Part shown: positions 19,207-28,634 of the stretch, in pieces | Layout of the letters: every line of letters begins with the position of its first letter | Position numbering within the stretch: position 1 is the first letter of the stretch | Assembly (NCBI GenBank): GCA_964591955.1 | Contig: CAZQBT010000006.1 | Coordinates: 1,809-65,808, forward strand | Source of the DNA: an uncultured Brevinematales bacterium | Lineage (GTDB): Bacteria; Spirochaetota; Brevinematia; Brevinematales; CAZQBT01 | Reading direction: 5' to 3' | DNA: 64,000 bases | The notes under the pieces: model-generated | The model's database searches: none | What the model saw: the letters and a program-made list of their open reading frames with translations, nothing else | What the model was told of the DNA's origin: nothing | Made by a program: the position numbers and the translations under genes

Positions 19207-20457
19207 ATGGACATTTTCGATAAATGTAAGTCCGACGGTGGTTTTTTTCCAAGGTATCGTATGGAGAACGACAATTTCTTTACCCAGCCGGTTATGGATA
19301 CTCCTCCCGGAACGGTGATGAAGTTTCACGGTAAAGAACAAATTATCTGGTCGGTAAACAGTTATTTGGGGCTTGCAGGCAACGAAGAGATTAAATCCGT
19401 TGCCCGCGATACGCTTGATGAGTGGAGTGTCAGCGGTCCTATGGGTTCGCGTATGATGAGCGGTAACACAATTCATCATATAGAACTCGAAAAACAACTC
19501 GCGGAATTTGCTCAAAAAGAAGCCTCTATTCTTTTCAACTACGGTTATCTCGGCGTTATAGGCTCTATTGCTTCTATTTTGGGACCTGATGATACAATCG
19601 TGATGGATAAACTTGCTCACGCCTGTATAATCGACTCTGCGTTAATGTCGCGGGCGCAATTAAGGGTTTACCGTCATAACGATATGGAAAGCCTTGAAAA
19701 TACCCTCAAACGGGCTAATAAAAACCGCAAAGGCGGGGTGCTGATTCTTACTGAAGGTGTTTACGGTATGACCGGCGACCTTGCCAAACTTGATGAAATC
19801 TGCGCGCTTAAAGAAAAATACAACGCCCGCATTTTTGTTGATGATGCCCACGGTGTCGGGGTTGTGGGAGACAAGGGAAGAGGCGCTGCCGACTTTTTCG
19901 GGGTTCAGGATAAAGTCGATTTGTATTTCGGCACTTTCGCCAAGGCTTTCGCATCTATCGGGGGCTTTACCGCAGGCGATACCGATGTTATCCAGTGGAT
20001 AAGATACAATGCCCGAACCCAAATTTTCGCAAAAAGTCTCCCGATGATTTACGTTAAATCCCTCGAAAAAACTTTAGAATTGGTTATAAACGGAGACGAC
20101 AGGCGAAAAAAATGTTTTGAAAATTCTCGTAAACTTGCAGACGGGCTCAGGGATTTGGGATATTTTATTGCTAAGGTTGATTCCCCTATCGTGCCGGTAT
20201 TTTTGCCTGAGGGCGAGGAGATGGCTACCACAATGATGGCTTACCTCAGGGAACGCGGGGTGTTTATTTCCGCAGTAGTTTATCCCGTTATTCCGCGCGG
20301 ACTTGCTCTTATTCGTATGATTCCTACCGCTGCCCATACCGACGAACAGATTAATACAACAATAGAAAAATTTAAAGAAATGAGAGACGAACTCAAACTC
20401 CATCTCAATATGGACCCGAAGGTAGTTCATAGAATCTACTCCGGGCATGATGAATAA
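19207..20457 (+). CDS. Alpha-oxoamine synthase, cysteate acyltransferase (SulA/CapB-like; serine palmitoyltransferase superfamily)
   Basis: WSVNSYLGLA, GSRMMSGN, AHACIID, EGVYGMTGD, DDAHG, GTFAK (PLP Lys246) and RYNARTQIFAKSLPM (Lys276). Directly downstream of cysteate synthase. Confidence 0.8.
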   Translation: MDIFDKCKSDGGFFPRYRMENDNFFTQPVMDTPPGTVMKFHGKEQIIWSVNSYLGLAGNEEIKSVARDTLDEWSVSGPMGSRMMSGNTIHHIELEKQLAEFAQKEASILFNYGYLGVIGSIASILGPDDTIVMDKLAHACIIDSALMSRAQLRVYRHNDMESLENTLKRANKNRKGGVLILTEGVYGMTGDLAKLDEICALKEKYNARIFVDDAHGVGVVGDKGRGAADFFGVQDKVDLYFGTFAKAFASIGGFTAGDTDVIQWIRYNARTQIFAKSLPMIYVKSLEKTLELVINGDDRRKKCFENSRKLADGLRDLGYFIAKVDSPIVPVFLPEGEEMATTMMAYLRERGVFISAVVYPVIPRGLALIRMIPTAAHTDEQINTTIEKFKEMRDELKLHLNMDPKVVHRIYSGHDE

Positions 20458-20473
20458 TATATTTGAAATATAA

Positions 20474-20497
20474 GGGGACGCTCTAAAAGGCGTCCCC
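20474..20497 (+). other. Strong intergenic hairpin without a U-tract (mRNA stabiliser or weak terminator)
   Basis: GGGGACGC-tctaaaag-GCGTCCCC. Confidence 0.6.
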
Positions 20498-20518
20498 GTT
20501 ATATGTTATGGAGGTTTT

Positions 20519-21232
20519 ATGATTTCAAAGGATAAACTCGCCTTATATCAGGAAGAACTGAAAGATAAAAGCGCTGAGCAGGTCTTAAAATGGGCTTTCG
20601 ATAATTTCAATATAAAAAAAGTTGCTTTGGCGACAAGTCTAAGTATAGAAGATCAGGTTTTAACCGATATGATAATCAAAATAAACCCCGAAGCCCGTAT
20701 ATTCACCTTGGATACGGGACGTCTTTTTGAGGAAACCTATCAAACTATTGACGCTACCTGTATGAAATACAAAATAAAAATGGAAATACTGTTTCCCGAC
20801 AAGAAAAAAGTAGAAAAAATGGTTAATGAAAAAGGTATTAACCTGTTTTATGAGAGCGTGGATAACAGAAAACTTTGTTGCAATATCCGAAAGGTAGAAT
20901 CGCTTAAAGCTATGTTATCATCATTAGACTGCTGGATAACGGGTTTGCGCAGGGAACAATCCGTTACCCGTGCCGATGTCAAAAAGATAGAATGGGACGA
21001 TGCCAACAACATATTCAAACTCAACCCGCTTGCAGACTGGAGCGAAGGCGACGTGTGGAATTATATAAAAGAGAACAATGTTCCGTATAATAAACTCCAG
21101 GACAGGCATTTCCCTTCAATCGGATGCGCGCCCTGCACCCGCGCCATAAAAGAAGGTGAGGATATTCGTGCCGGCAGATGGTGGTGGGAAAATCCCGAAC
21201 ACAAAGAATGCGGACTTCATATAAAAAAATAG
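20519..21232 (+). CDS. cysH: APS reductase (CysH family, [4Fe-4S] type)
   Basis: TLDTGRL, LCCNIRKVE, WITGLRREQS, SIGCAPCTR and ECGLH. The CC plus CxxC ligands indicate an Fe-S APS-type enzyme. Confidence 0.92.
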   Translation: MISKDKLALYQEELKDKSAEQVLKWAFDNFNIKKVALATSLSIEDQVLTDMIIKINPEARIFTLDTGRLFEETYQTIDATCMKYKIKMEILFPDKKKVEKMVNEKGINLFYESVDNRKLCCNIRKVESLKAMLSSLDCWITGLRREQSVTRADVKKIEWDDANNIFKLNPLADWSEGDVWNYIKENNVPYNKLQDRHFPSIGCAPCTRAIKEGEDIRAGRWWWENPEHKECGLHIKK

Positions 21233-21461
21233 CCGATTTCTTTGACTAACATTTCATATTACCTTATAATAAGAAGGTTTGGGGCTATATCTTTGTTAAT
21301 TTCTTAGGTTTAGTGTCCTTATCATTTATGTGGGTTGTTGTTTCAGAGTTTTTATCAGGATAGAAATTGACTGAATAAAATCGAATTTTGTCGAAATTTA
21401 GCTTATTAGTTTAAGGGGTGGACTCGGCAAAATTAAAAATCAATTTTTTCAGGAGGCATTT

Positions 21462-23105
21462 ATGACAAAAGAATTTTTCAAAACCCCGAAGGAGTTCAGG
21501 AAATTAGCTTCTCAAATCAGGACTACCGTCCAAACTGCATTTAACAGGAATAATGTAATTCCTATGGATTATCCAAAGGAGGCTTATCATTTGGCAAAAA
21601 ACAGTCCCGGAACCGTGGAACTTACGGGAATGCCTATTTATAAGCCCGAAGAACAGGGATTACCGTTCGGAGCAAATATGCTTCTTTTTAATGACGGGAC
21701 GGTGTTCGGCAGATGTGCTGCGGCAAGACGGATTCTCGGCGAACCTAACGTGGATTTAAAGGAATATTCCGCAAAAGTGCGCGAGGCTATCTATAAAACC
21801 AGATACAAAATGATGTATCACGCACAGGCTGTTATCGGGCTTGATAAAGATTTTATGATAAAAGCCCACCTGCTTATTCCCGAAAACCACGAAAATATAA
21901 TGTTGTCCTGGCTTTTGAATTTCCAGTATATAAGCGACAGGTATTATAATATGTATAAGGATTCGCGGGAACTTCCCGACGGAGACATCTACATCTTCTC
22001 CGACCCCGACTGGTCTCATCCCGACCATCCGCTCGGCTTGACTTTTTTTGACCCGGAAAACAACGTTGCGGTATTGCTCGGTATGAGATATTTCGGCGAA
22101 CATAAAAAAGGCACGCTTACATTATCATGGGGAACTGCGACACGCAACGGTTTTGCATCCTGCCACGGCGGTTTAAAACGTTACAACCTTGATAACAACA
22201 AAAAATATGTTGTCGCCGTTTTCGGACTTTCCGGTTCGGGAAAATCCACTATCACACATGCCAGACATAATAACAAATACAATATTACCGTTCTTCACGA
22301 TGATGCATTCATTATTAACCTGAAGAATAAGTATTCCATTGCGCTTGAGCCGGCTTATTTCGACAAGACTCAGGACTATCCTATGGACTGCGAAGATAAT
22401 AAATTTATACTTACATTGCAAAATTGCGGTGCATTTTTGGGCGAAGACGGCAAAGTTTATCCCGTTACGGAGGATATCCGCAATAGGAACGGGCGCGCCG
22501 TTAAATCAAAACTTTGGTCTCCCAACAGGGTTGACAGGATTGATGAGCCGATTAACGCCATTTTCTGGCTTATGAAAGACCCCACTATCCCCCCTGTAAT
22601 CAAACTAAAAGGGGCATCGCTCGGCTCCGCTATGGGCGCTACTCTTGCAACCAAACGCACTACCGCGGAACGTCTTGCTCCCGGCGTTGACCCTAACGCT
22701 CTTGTGGTCGAGCCTTATGCAAATCCGTTCAGAACCTACCCTCTTGAGAAAGACTATTCCGCTTTTAAAAATCTTATTGAAGAGGGCGTGGACTGTTATA
22801 TCCTCAATACCGGAATGTTTATGGACAAAAAGGTTAAACCCGAACACACTCTCGGCGTTATTGAGGCTATTATCGAGGGTAAGGCTAAATTCGAGAAATG
22901 GGGCAACCTCTCCGATATTGAAATTTTAAAAGTTGACGGGTTTAATGCGGAATTTACCGATAAAAATTACAAAGAAGAGTTTATCAAGCGATGGAATGAC
23001 CGTATAAACTATATTAAATCAAGAGATACGGAAAAAGGCGGAGTTGATAAACTCCCGTCGGATGCATTAGAATCGTTGGAAAAGGTATTAAAAGAATTGG
23101 GATAA
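21462..23105 (+). CDS. pckA: Phosphoenolpyruvate carboxykinase (ATP), atypical clostridial-like type
   Basis: YFGEHKKG, CHGG, FGLSGSGKST, HDD, RNRNGR and ANPF motifs. Confidence 0.82.
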   Translation: MTKEFFKTPKEFRKLASQIRTTVQTAFNRNNVIPMDYPKEAYHLAKNSPGTVELTGMPIYKPEEQGLPFGANMLLFNDGTVFGRCAAARRILGEPNVDLKEYSAKVREAIYKTRYKMMYHAQAVIGLDKDFMIKAHLLIPENHENIMLSWLLNFQYISDRYYNMYKDSRELPDGDIYIFSDPDWSHPDHPLGLTFFDPENNVAVLLGMRYFGEHKKGTLTLSWGTATRNGFASCHGGLKRYNLDNNKKYVVAVFGLSGSGKSTITHARHNNKYNITVLHDDAFIINLKNKYSIALEPAYFDKTQDYPMDCEDNKFILTLQNCGAFLGEDGKVYPVTEDIRNRNGRAVKSKLWSPNRVDRIDEPINAIFWLMKDPTIPPVIKLKGASLGSAMGATLATKRTTAERLAPGVDPNALVVEPYANPFRTYPLEKDYSAFKNLIEEGVDCYILNTGMFMDKKVKPEHTLGVIEAIIEGKAKFEKWGNLSDIEILKVDGFNAEFTDKNYKEEFIKRWNDRINYIKSRDTEKGGVDKLPSDALESLEKVLKELG

Positions 23106-23116
23106 ATTCATCACGA

Positions 23117-23141
23117 GCGCTCTTCGGAGCGCCTTTTTTTT
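23117..23141 (+). terminator. Rho-independent terminator after pckA
   Basis: GCGCTC-TTCG-GAGCGC followed by a T-run. Confidence 0.85.
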
Positions 23142-23420
23142 ACAAGAAGCCCTCTTTATTTTTTAGTTTCTTTTTCAATTGCCTGTTTATATTCTCAATA
23201 ACATTTGAAGTTACGAATAATTGCCTTAAGTATATTGTCCCTGAATTTTTCAGCAGTCCCATAGCCGGGAATAGAATCAAGGTTGGAAAAACTCCATTTG
23301 CTTAGGGGGACAAATAACTTTGTGAAAATACACACTAACCTTATAAAAATTTGCATTTTATAAAATAACGCTTTAATATAAATTGTTTATTAATCAAACT
23401 AAAAAAGTAGGAGCTTAATA

Positions 23421-24134
23421 ATGGAAGGAGATTTAAGCGTACTCCTCGCAGCTTCTGCCTCAATCGGATTTCTACACACTATCTTAGGACCTGATCATTA
23501 TATTCCGTTTGTAGCGATTGCGCGCGCAAGAAAATGGTCGCTTCTCAAAACGTCTCTGGTTACTTCTGTTTGCGGATTGGGACATATAGCGGGTTCCGTT
23601 ATTCTCGGTATTATAGGTATCGCACTCGGAACAGCTATTTCTCAAATAGAAGTTATAGAGGAGTTTAGAGGCGATATTGCGGGATGGTTATTAATAGGTT
23701 TCGGGCTTGTTTATATGATATGGGGAATACGCCGCGCAATAAAAAACAAACCCCATACCCATACCCACACACATCCCGACGGCACAACGCATCTGCATAA
23801 GCACACCCATAACAAAGAGCATTCACATATTCACGCGGAGGACAAGCCTGTGTCGGTAGTACCATGGACGCTTTTTATTATCTTTGCGTTCGGACCATGC
23901 GAACCTCTAATCCCGATTTTGATGTATCCCGCTTTACAACATAATATCGGCGGGGCGGTTTTAGTTACAGCCGTTTTCGGTGTAGTTACTATTGCTACGA
24001 TGCTCGGAGCCGTAATTGCGCTTTATCTTGGAGTAAAGGTGCTTCCTTTCAAGCGATTTGAACGGTATGCTCACTCAATTGCGGGGGCGGTAGTCTTACT
24101 TAGTGGTATCGCTGTGGTGTTTTTAGGATTGTAA
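23421..24134 (+). CDS. His-rich nickel permease / accessory membrane protein (UreH/NiCoT-like)
   Basis: HTILGPDHY motif, GHIAGS, His-rich loop HTHTHTHPDGTTHLHKHTHNKEHSHIH and GPCE; first gene of the hydrogenase operon. Confidence 0.8.
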   Translation: MEGDLSVLLAASASIGFLHTILGPDHYIPFVAIARARKWSLLKTSLVTSVCGLGHIAGSVILGIIGIALGTAISQIEVIEEFRGDIAGWLLIGFGLVYMIWGIRRAIKNKPHTHTHTHPDGTTHLHKHTHNKEHSHIHAEDKPVSVVPWTLFIIFAFGPCEPLIPILMYPALQHNIGGAVLVTAVFGVVTIATMLGAVIALYLGVKVLPFKRFERYAHSIAGAVVLLSGIAVVFLGL

Positions 24135-24168
24135 ATAGTTTTCCAATAAAATTATAACGGAGGTAATT

Positions 24169-25236
24169 ATGGAATATGCGGTATTGCCGAAAAGCGGTTA
24201 TGATAAATTCATATCGTTTTTAGCAAAACAAAAAAAACTCGTCGCTCCCGTTTATAAAGGTAATAACCATTACGCTTTTGAGCCTGTAACTAACGCCGAA
24301 CAAATCTCGCTTAGTTATATCCCGACAATTCTACCGCCTAAAAAATATTTTATGCCTCAATACGAAACGCTTGTCGAATACGATACCCACGAAGGACAAA
24401 ATATGCAGGCGGTTGTCGAATTAGAGGATTTAATACTTTTCGGTGTCCATACCTGCGACATTGCGGGAATTCAATGCCTTAATATGGTTTTTATCGACCG
24501 TCCGAGAGACCTGAACTACCTTATACGAAAAAACCACATTATTATCATAGGCTTTGAATGTAATAACTATTGCGACTCCGATGCTTCCTGCGGACTTATG
24601 GATACCTACAATCCCAATGGCGGTTACGACTTGTTTCTAACCGACCTCGGCGATTATTTCCTTGTCCATATCAGCACGCATGCCGGCGAGGAATTGGTTG
24701 TAAAAAGCAAAGCCTTTGAAGATGTAAAACCCAATCATTTTGAGGATTTAAAAGCGCTTCGTAAAAAGAAAGAGGGGATATTCAAGCCGGAAGTTCCTGT
24801 CAATCGCGATGATATTCCGAAGATGTTTGAAGAGGGATTTGACTGCGAGGTTTGGGAGGAAATCGGAAACCGTTGTCTTTCCTGCGCAAACTGCACAAAC
24901 GTATGTCCTACGTGTTATTGTTTTGACGTTAAAGACATACCTAACCTCGACCTCAAAACGGGAAAACGTATCCGTATTTGGGACTCCTGCCAAAACGAAC
25001 CTTTCGCAAAGGTTGCCGGCGGGGAAAGTTTCCGTGAAAAACGCAAAGACCGTAAACGCCATCGTTTCAACAGGAAATTTAATTATCCCGTTAAACGGTA
25101 TTCCCGCTTTTTCTGCACGGGTTGCGGAAGATGCACAAGGGTATGTATGGCGGAAATAAATCTTAAAGAAACAATAGTTGCTCTTGCCGAGCAAACGGGT
25201 TATATCAAAAAGTCCGCTAAGCAGGAGGTAAAATAG
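24169..25236 (+). CDS. hyhB: Group 3b (sulf)hydrogenase beta subunit (Fe-S)
   Basis: PPKKYF, GVHTCD, CLSCANCTNVCPTCYCF, WDSC and CTGCGRCTRVC motifs. Confidence 0.88.
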   Translation: MEYAVLPKSGYDKFISFLAKQKKLVAPVYKGNNHYAFEPVTNAEQISLSYIPTILPPKKYFMPQYETLVEYDTHEGQNMQAVVELEDLILFGVHTCDIAGIQCLNMVFIDRPRDLNYLIRKNHIIIIGFECNNYCDSDASCGLMDTYNPNGGYDLFLTDLGDYFLVHISTHAGEELVVKSKAFEDVKPNHFEDLKALRKKKEGIFKPEVPVNRDDIPKMFEEGFDCEVWEEIGNRCLSCANCTNVCPTCYCFDVKDIPNLDLKTGKRIRIWDSCQNEPFAKVAGGESFREKRKDRKRHRFNRKFNYPVKRYSRFFCTGCGRCTRVCMAEINLKETIVALAEQTGYIKKSAKQEVK

Positions 25237-26073
25237 ATGGAAAAAATATTAATCAACCGCTCAGGTTATAGAATCAAAGAAGCCAAAATCCTGCGCACGA
25301 AAAAGATGACCGAAACGGAAAAACTCTTTGAAATTGGACTCGCCGACGGCGATTCGCTTGATTACGACCCGGGTCAATTTGTAGAGGTATCACTTTTCGG
25401 CGTGGGTGAAGCCCCTATCTCGATTTGTTCCTCCCCGACAAAAAAAGGGAGTTTTGAAATGTGCGTAAGGTCAATCGGACGTTTTACAAGCGCGATGCAT
25501 CGCCTCGAAAAAGGCAATGAAATCGGTATCCGGGGACCTTTCGGCGTAGGTTTCCCTGTCCGTCATCTTGAAGGTATGGATATTTTAATGGTAGCCGGCG
25601 GGTTGGGTATCGCACCGCTTCGCTCGCTTATCAATTATATACTTGACAACCGTCGCGACTACGGTAAAGTTATGATTCTCTTAGGATGCCGTAATCCTAA
25701 AAGTATGCTTTTTAGCGATGAGGTTGACGGATGGGGTAAGCGAATGGATGTCAATTTTAATTGCACGGTCGATAAAGCCGACCCCGACTGGCAGGGTAAT
25801 GTCGGCGTTATCACCTCGCTTATTCCCGGTGTTGACATCAACCCCGAAAAAACCTATGCCGTTGTTGTCGGACCTCCCGTTATGTATAAATTCGTTATAT
25901 CGGAAATACTGAAAAAAGGTATCCCCGACTCGAGAATTCTTGTCTCATTGGAACGTCATATGAAATGCGGGCTCGGTAAATGCGGACATTGCCAAATCCA
26001 CGATATTTATTGTTGTCAGGATGGTCCCGTATTTTTCTATGACCGCATAAAAAATCTAAAGGGGGCAATATAA
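25237..26073 (+). CDS. hyhG: Group 3b (sulf)hydrogenase gamma subunit (FAD/NAD(P)-binding)
   Basis: PGQFV..GVGEAPISI, RGPFGVGF, AGGLGIAP and LERHMKCGLGKCGHC..DGPVF motifs. Confidence 0.9.
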   Translation: MEKILINRSGYRIKEAKILRTKKMTETEKLFEIGLADGDSLDYDPGQFVEVSLFGVGEAPISICSSPTKKGSFEMCVRSIGRFTSAMHRLEKGNEIGIRGPFGVGFPVRHLEGMDILMVAGGLGIAPLRSLINYILDNRRDYGKVMILLGCRNPKSMLFSDEVDGWGKRMDVNFNCTVDKADPDWQGNVGVITSLIPGVDINPEKTYAVVVGPPVMYKFVISEILKKGIPDSRILVSLERHMKCGLGKCGHCQIHDIYCCQDGPVFFYDRIKNLKGAI

Positions 26074-26837
26074 TGAATAATAAACCAAAGGTAGCATTTT
26101 TCGATTTTGCTTGTTGCGAAGGGTGTCAGCTTCAGGTAGCAAATCTCGGAGAGGCTCTTATAGATATTCTCGAAATTGTTGACGTGGTGGAATTTCGTGA
26201 GGTTATGAGCGAAAAATGGAATGAAAGCTACGATGTCTCCATTATAGAAGGTAGTATTACTACTCCTCACGCCGTTGAGCGGATTAAAAAAATCCGCGAG
26301 CGCTCAAAATTCCTTATTGCTTACGGCTCCTGTGCAACAATCGGCGGCGTCAACGGTATGAAACATAATTTCGACCTTGAAGAAATCCGTAATTATGTCT
26401 ATAAAGACGGCGCCAGATATTTCGACACCATTCCCACCAAAGCTGTTCATGAGGTCGTCAAGGTTGATTATTTTGTTCACGGATGCCCAATATATCCGCC
26501 GGAATTTCTTGAGGTTTTAAAATCCGCGCTTTCGGGATTGCCTTACTCTGTCCCCGATAACGCGGTATGCGTGGAATGTAAATTTAATGAAAATGTCTGT
26601 ATGTATGAAAAGGGATTAACCTGTGCGGGTCCCGTTACGCGCGCGGGATGTAACTCTTGGTGCGTCAATAACGGAAATATCTGCTACGGATGTCGCGGGC
26701 TTGTTTCCAATCCCAATGAAAACGGCTTTGCCGAAGTCCTTAAAAAATACAAAATTTCCGCCGAATATATTATCGGCAAGATGGATATGTATAATTCTTG
26801 CAGACTTCAAAATGAAAAGTCTAAAAAGGGAGCATAA
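26073..26837 (+). CDS. hyhS: Group 3b [NiFe]-hydrogenase small (delta) subunit
   Basis: CCEGC, EGS, GSCA and HGCP motifs, plus a C-terminal Cys-rich cluster region. Confidence 0.92.
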   Translation: MNNKPKVAFFDFACCEGCQLQVANLGEALIDILEIVDVVEFREVMSEKWNESYDVSIIEGSITTPHAVERIKKIRERSKFLIAYGSCATIGGVNGMKHNFDLEEIRNYVYKDGARYFDTIPTKAVHEVVKVDYFVHGCPIYPPEFLEVLKSALSGLPYSVPDNAVCVECKFNENVCMYEKGLTCAGPVTRAGCNSWCVNNGNICYGCRGLVSNPNENGFAEVLKKYKISAEYIIGKMDMYNSCRLQNEKSKKGA

Positions 26838-26839
26838 CT

Positions 26840-28171
26840 ATGGGCAGGAATGTAAAAGTTAATGTGGAATATTTGACCCGCGTTGAGGGTCACGGTAATA
26901 TAGTTGTAAACGTGAAGGATGGAACTCTTGATGAATGCCATCTCGACATTGTGGAAGCCCCGCGTTTTTTTGAGGGTATGATTCGCGGACGCTCTATTTT
27001 TGAAGCCCAGCATATTACCTCAAGAATTTGCGGTATATGTGCTTGCGGACATACTCTCGCATCGCTTCAGGCGGCGGAGGATGCTATCGGGTTTACACCC
27101 TCCAAACAAACCAACGCTCTTCGCAAACTGCTTCTGAATATGGAGATATTGGACAGTCATCTGCTTCATATTTATATACTTGTCGCACCCGACCTTTTGG
27201 GGGTAAAGAGTTTCGTTCCGTTAATTGCAAGTCATAATCAGGTAGTCCGTCGCGCATTGCGTATGAAAAAGACCGTCAACGACGTTTGCGCGCTTTTTGC
27301 AGGAAGGCATATTCATCCTATAACCTCAATAGTCGGCGGCTTTACAAGACTTCCGCGCGAGAAAGACCTTGAGGCAATGCTCGGCTTACTTGAAGGAATG
27401 GTCTCCGATATGAACGCCACAGTGGAACTTGCCGCGACACTCACTTTCCCGGATTTCCATCGTGAAACCGAATATATCGGGCTTGTGAATGATGAAGAAT
27501 CTTATCCGATGCTTTACGGCGATATTGGTTCTACCGACGGTGTTCGTATGAATAAAAAGGACTACAAAAAGGCTACTAACGAATTTGTTGTCCCTCACTC
27601 CTCCGCCAAGCATACGAAACTTTCTCGAAGTTCTTATGCGGTGGGAGCTTTGGCAAGACTAAATCTCAATTTCGATAAACTCCGCAAAGAGGCTAAAGAG
27701 ATTGCTAATGCCATAGGGCTTAAACCCATCACAACAAACCCGTATCTTAACACCGCCGCGCAATTAGTCGAGTGCGTTGAGTGCTTATACGATTCTATTG
27801 ATATAGTAAAAAGCCTTCAAAAGTCCGGTGTTAATTATGAAGAGGAAATAGTGGTGGGATTAAACGAACAAAACCGTATTCCCGTTAAAGCCGGTATAGG
27901 GGTTGGAGCTGTTGAGGTGCCGAGAGGGCTTCTTTATCATTGCTACGAGGTTGACGATAAGGGTAAAATTATTAACGCCGATTGTATTATCCCTACAAAC
28001 CAAAACGTCAATAATATAGAACACGATATGCGTAAACTTGTGCCTGAAATCCTCGACAAAACCGATGAGGAAATTACTCTTGCGCTTGAAATGCTTGTCC
28101 GCGCCTACGACCCCTGTATATCCTGCTCGGCACATTTTCTGGATGTTAAATTTGTCGGAAAAAGAAGTTAG
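26840..28171 (+). CDS. hyhL: Group 3b [NiFe]-hydrogenase large (alpha) subunit
   Basis: TRVEGHG, EAPRFFE, L1 SRICGIC, EVPRG and L2 RAYDPCISCSAH, plus an 11 aa C-terminal extension. Confidence 0.95.
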   Translation: MGRNVKVNVEYLTRVEGHGNIVVNVKDGTLDECHLDIVEAPRFFEGMIRGRSIFEAQHITSRICGICACGHTLASLQAAEDAIGFTPSKQTNALRKLLLNMEILDSHLLHIYILVAPDLLGVKSFVPLIASHNQVVRRALRMKKTVNDVCALFAGRHIHPITSIVGGFTRLPREKDLEAMLGLLEGMVSDMNATVELAATLTFPDFHRETEYIGLVNDEESYPMLYGDIGSTDGVRMNKKDYKKATNEFVVPHSSAKHTKLSRSSYAVGALARLNLNFDKLRKEAKEIANAIGLKPITTNPYLNTAAQLVECVECLYDSIDIVKSLQKSGVNYEEEIVVGLNEQNRIPVKAGIGVGAVEVPRGLLYHCYEVDDKGKIINADCIIPTNQNVNNIEHDMRKLVPEILDKTDEEITLALEMLVRAYDPCISCSAHFLDVKFVGKRS

Positions 28172-28634
28172 GGCAGCGCTTAAACCGTCAAGCGACGGTC
28201 TAACCCTCATTATTACAATCGGGAACGCTTTAAGAAAGGACGACGGCGTAGGTCCATATATAGCGGAGAAAATAAAACAATCACTTCCGGAAAATATTGC
28301 GCTGATTAACGCCGGGGACACCCCTGAAAATTGTATAGATGAGGCGGTCGGGTATAACCCAAAAAAGGTTATATTTATAGATGCGGGGAATTTCGATGTA
28401 AAACCGGGAACCGTATCTGTAATTCCCGAAGATGCCATACCGCAGAATTCTTTAAGCACCCATTCTTTCCCTCTGCCGATAGTCTGCGGTATTATCAGAG
28501 AAGATACGGGGGCGGAAATTGTTTTTATCGGTATTCAGATAAAAGACATTTCTTTCGGCGAGGGAATTTGCTCGGAGGTAAAATTCGGCGCAGATAAAAT
28601 TATTGAAATAATAGAGGAGACAATAAATGCATGA
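28143..28634 (+). CDS. hycI: Hydrogenase maturation endopeptidase (HycI-like)
   Basis: IGNALRKDDGVG, IDA and STHSFPL motifs. The likely ATG at 28143 overlaps the end of the large-subunit gene. Confidence 0.88.
   Translation: MLNLSEKEVRAALKPSSDGLTLIITIGNALRKDDGVGPYIAEKIKQSLPENIALINAGDTPENCIDEAVGYNPKKVIFIDAGNFDVKPGTVSVIPEDAIPQNSLSTHSFPLPIVCGIIREDTGAEIVFIGIQIKDISFGEGICSEVKFGADKIIEIIEETINA

Noticed and set aside
19207..20457. BioF or Kbl call
   Set aside because: No bio or tdh genes nearby; the WSVNSYLG, RMMSG and FAKSLPM motifs plus the adjacent cysteate synthase fit SulA/CapB better
24169..26073. Anaerobic sulfite reductase asrAB completing the cys pathway
   Set aside because: These families are homologous, but there is no siroheme AsrC and the genes are coupled to [NiFe] small and large subunits
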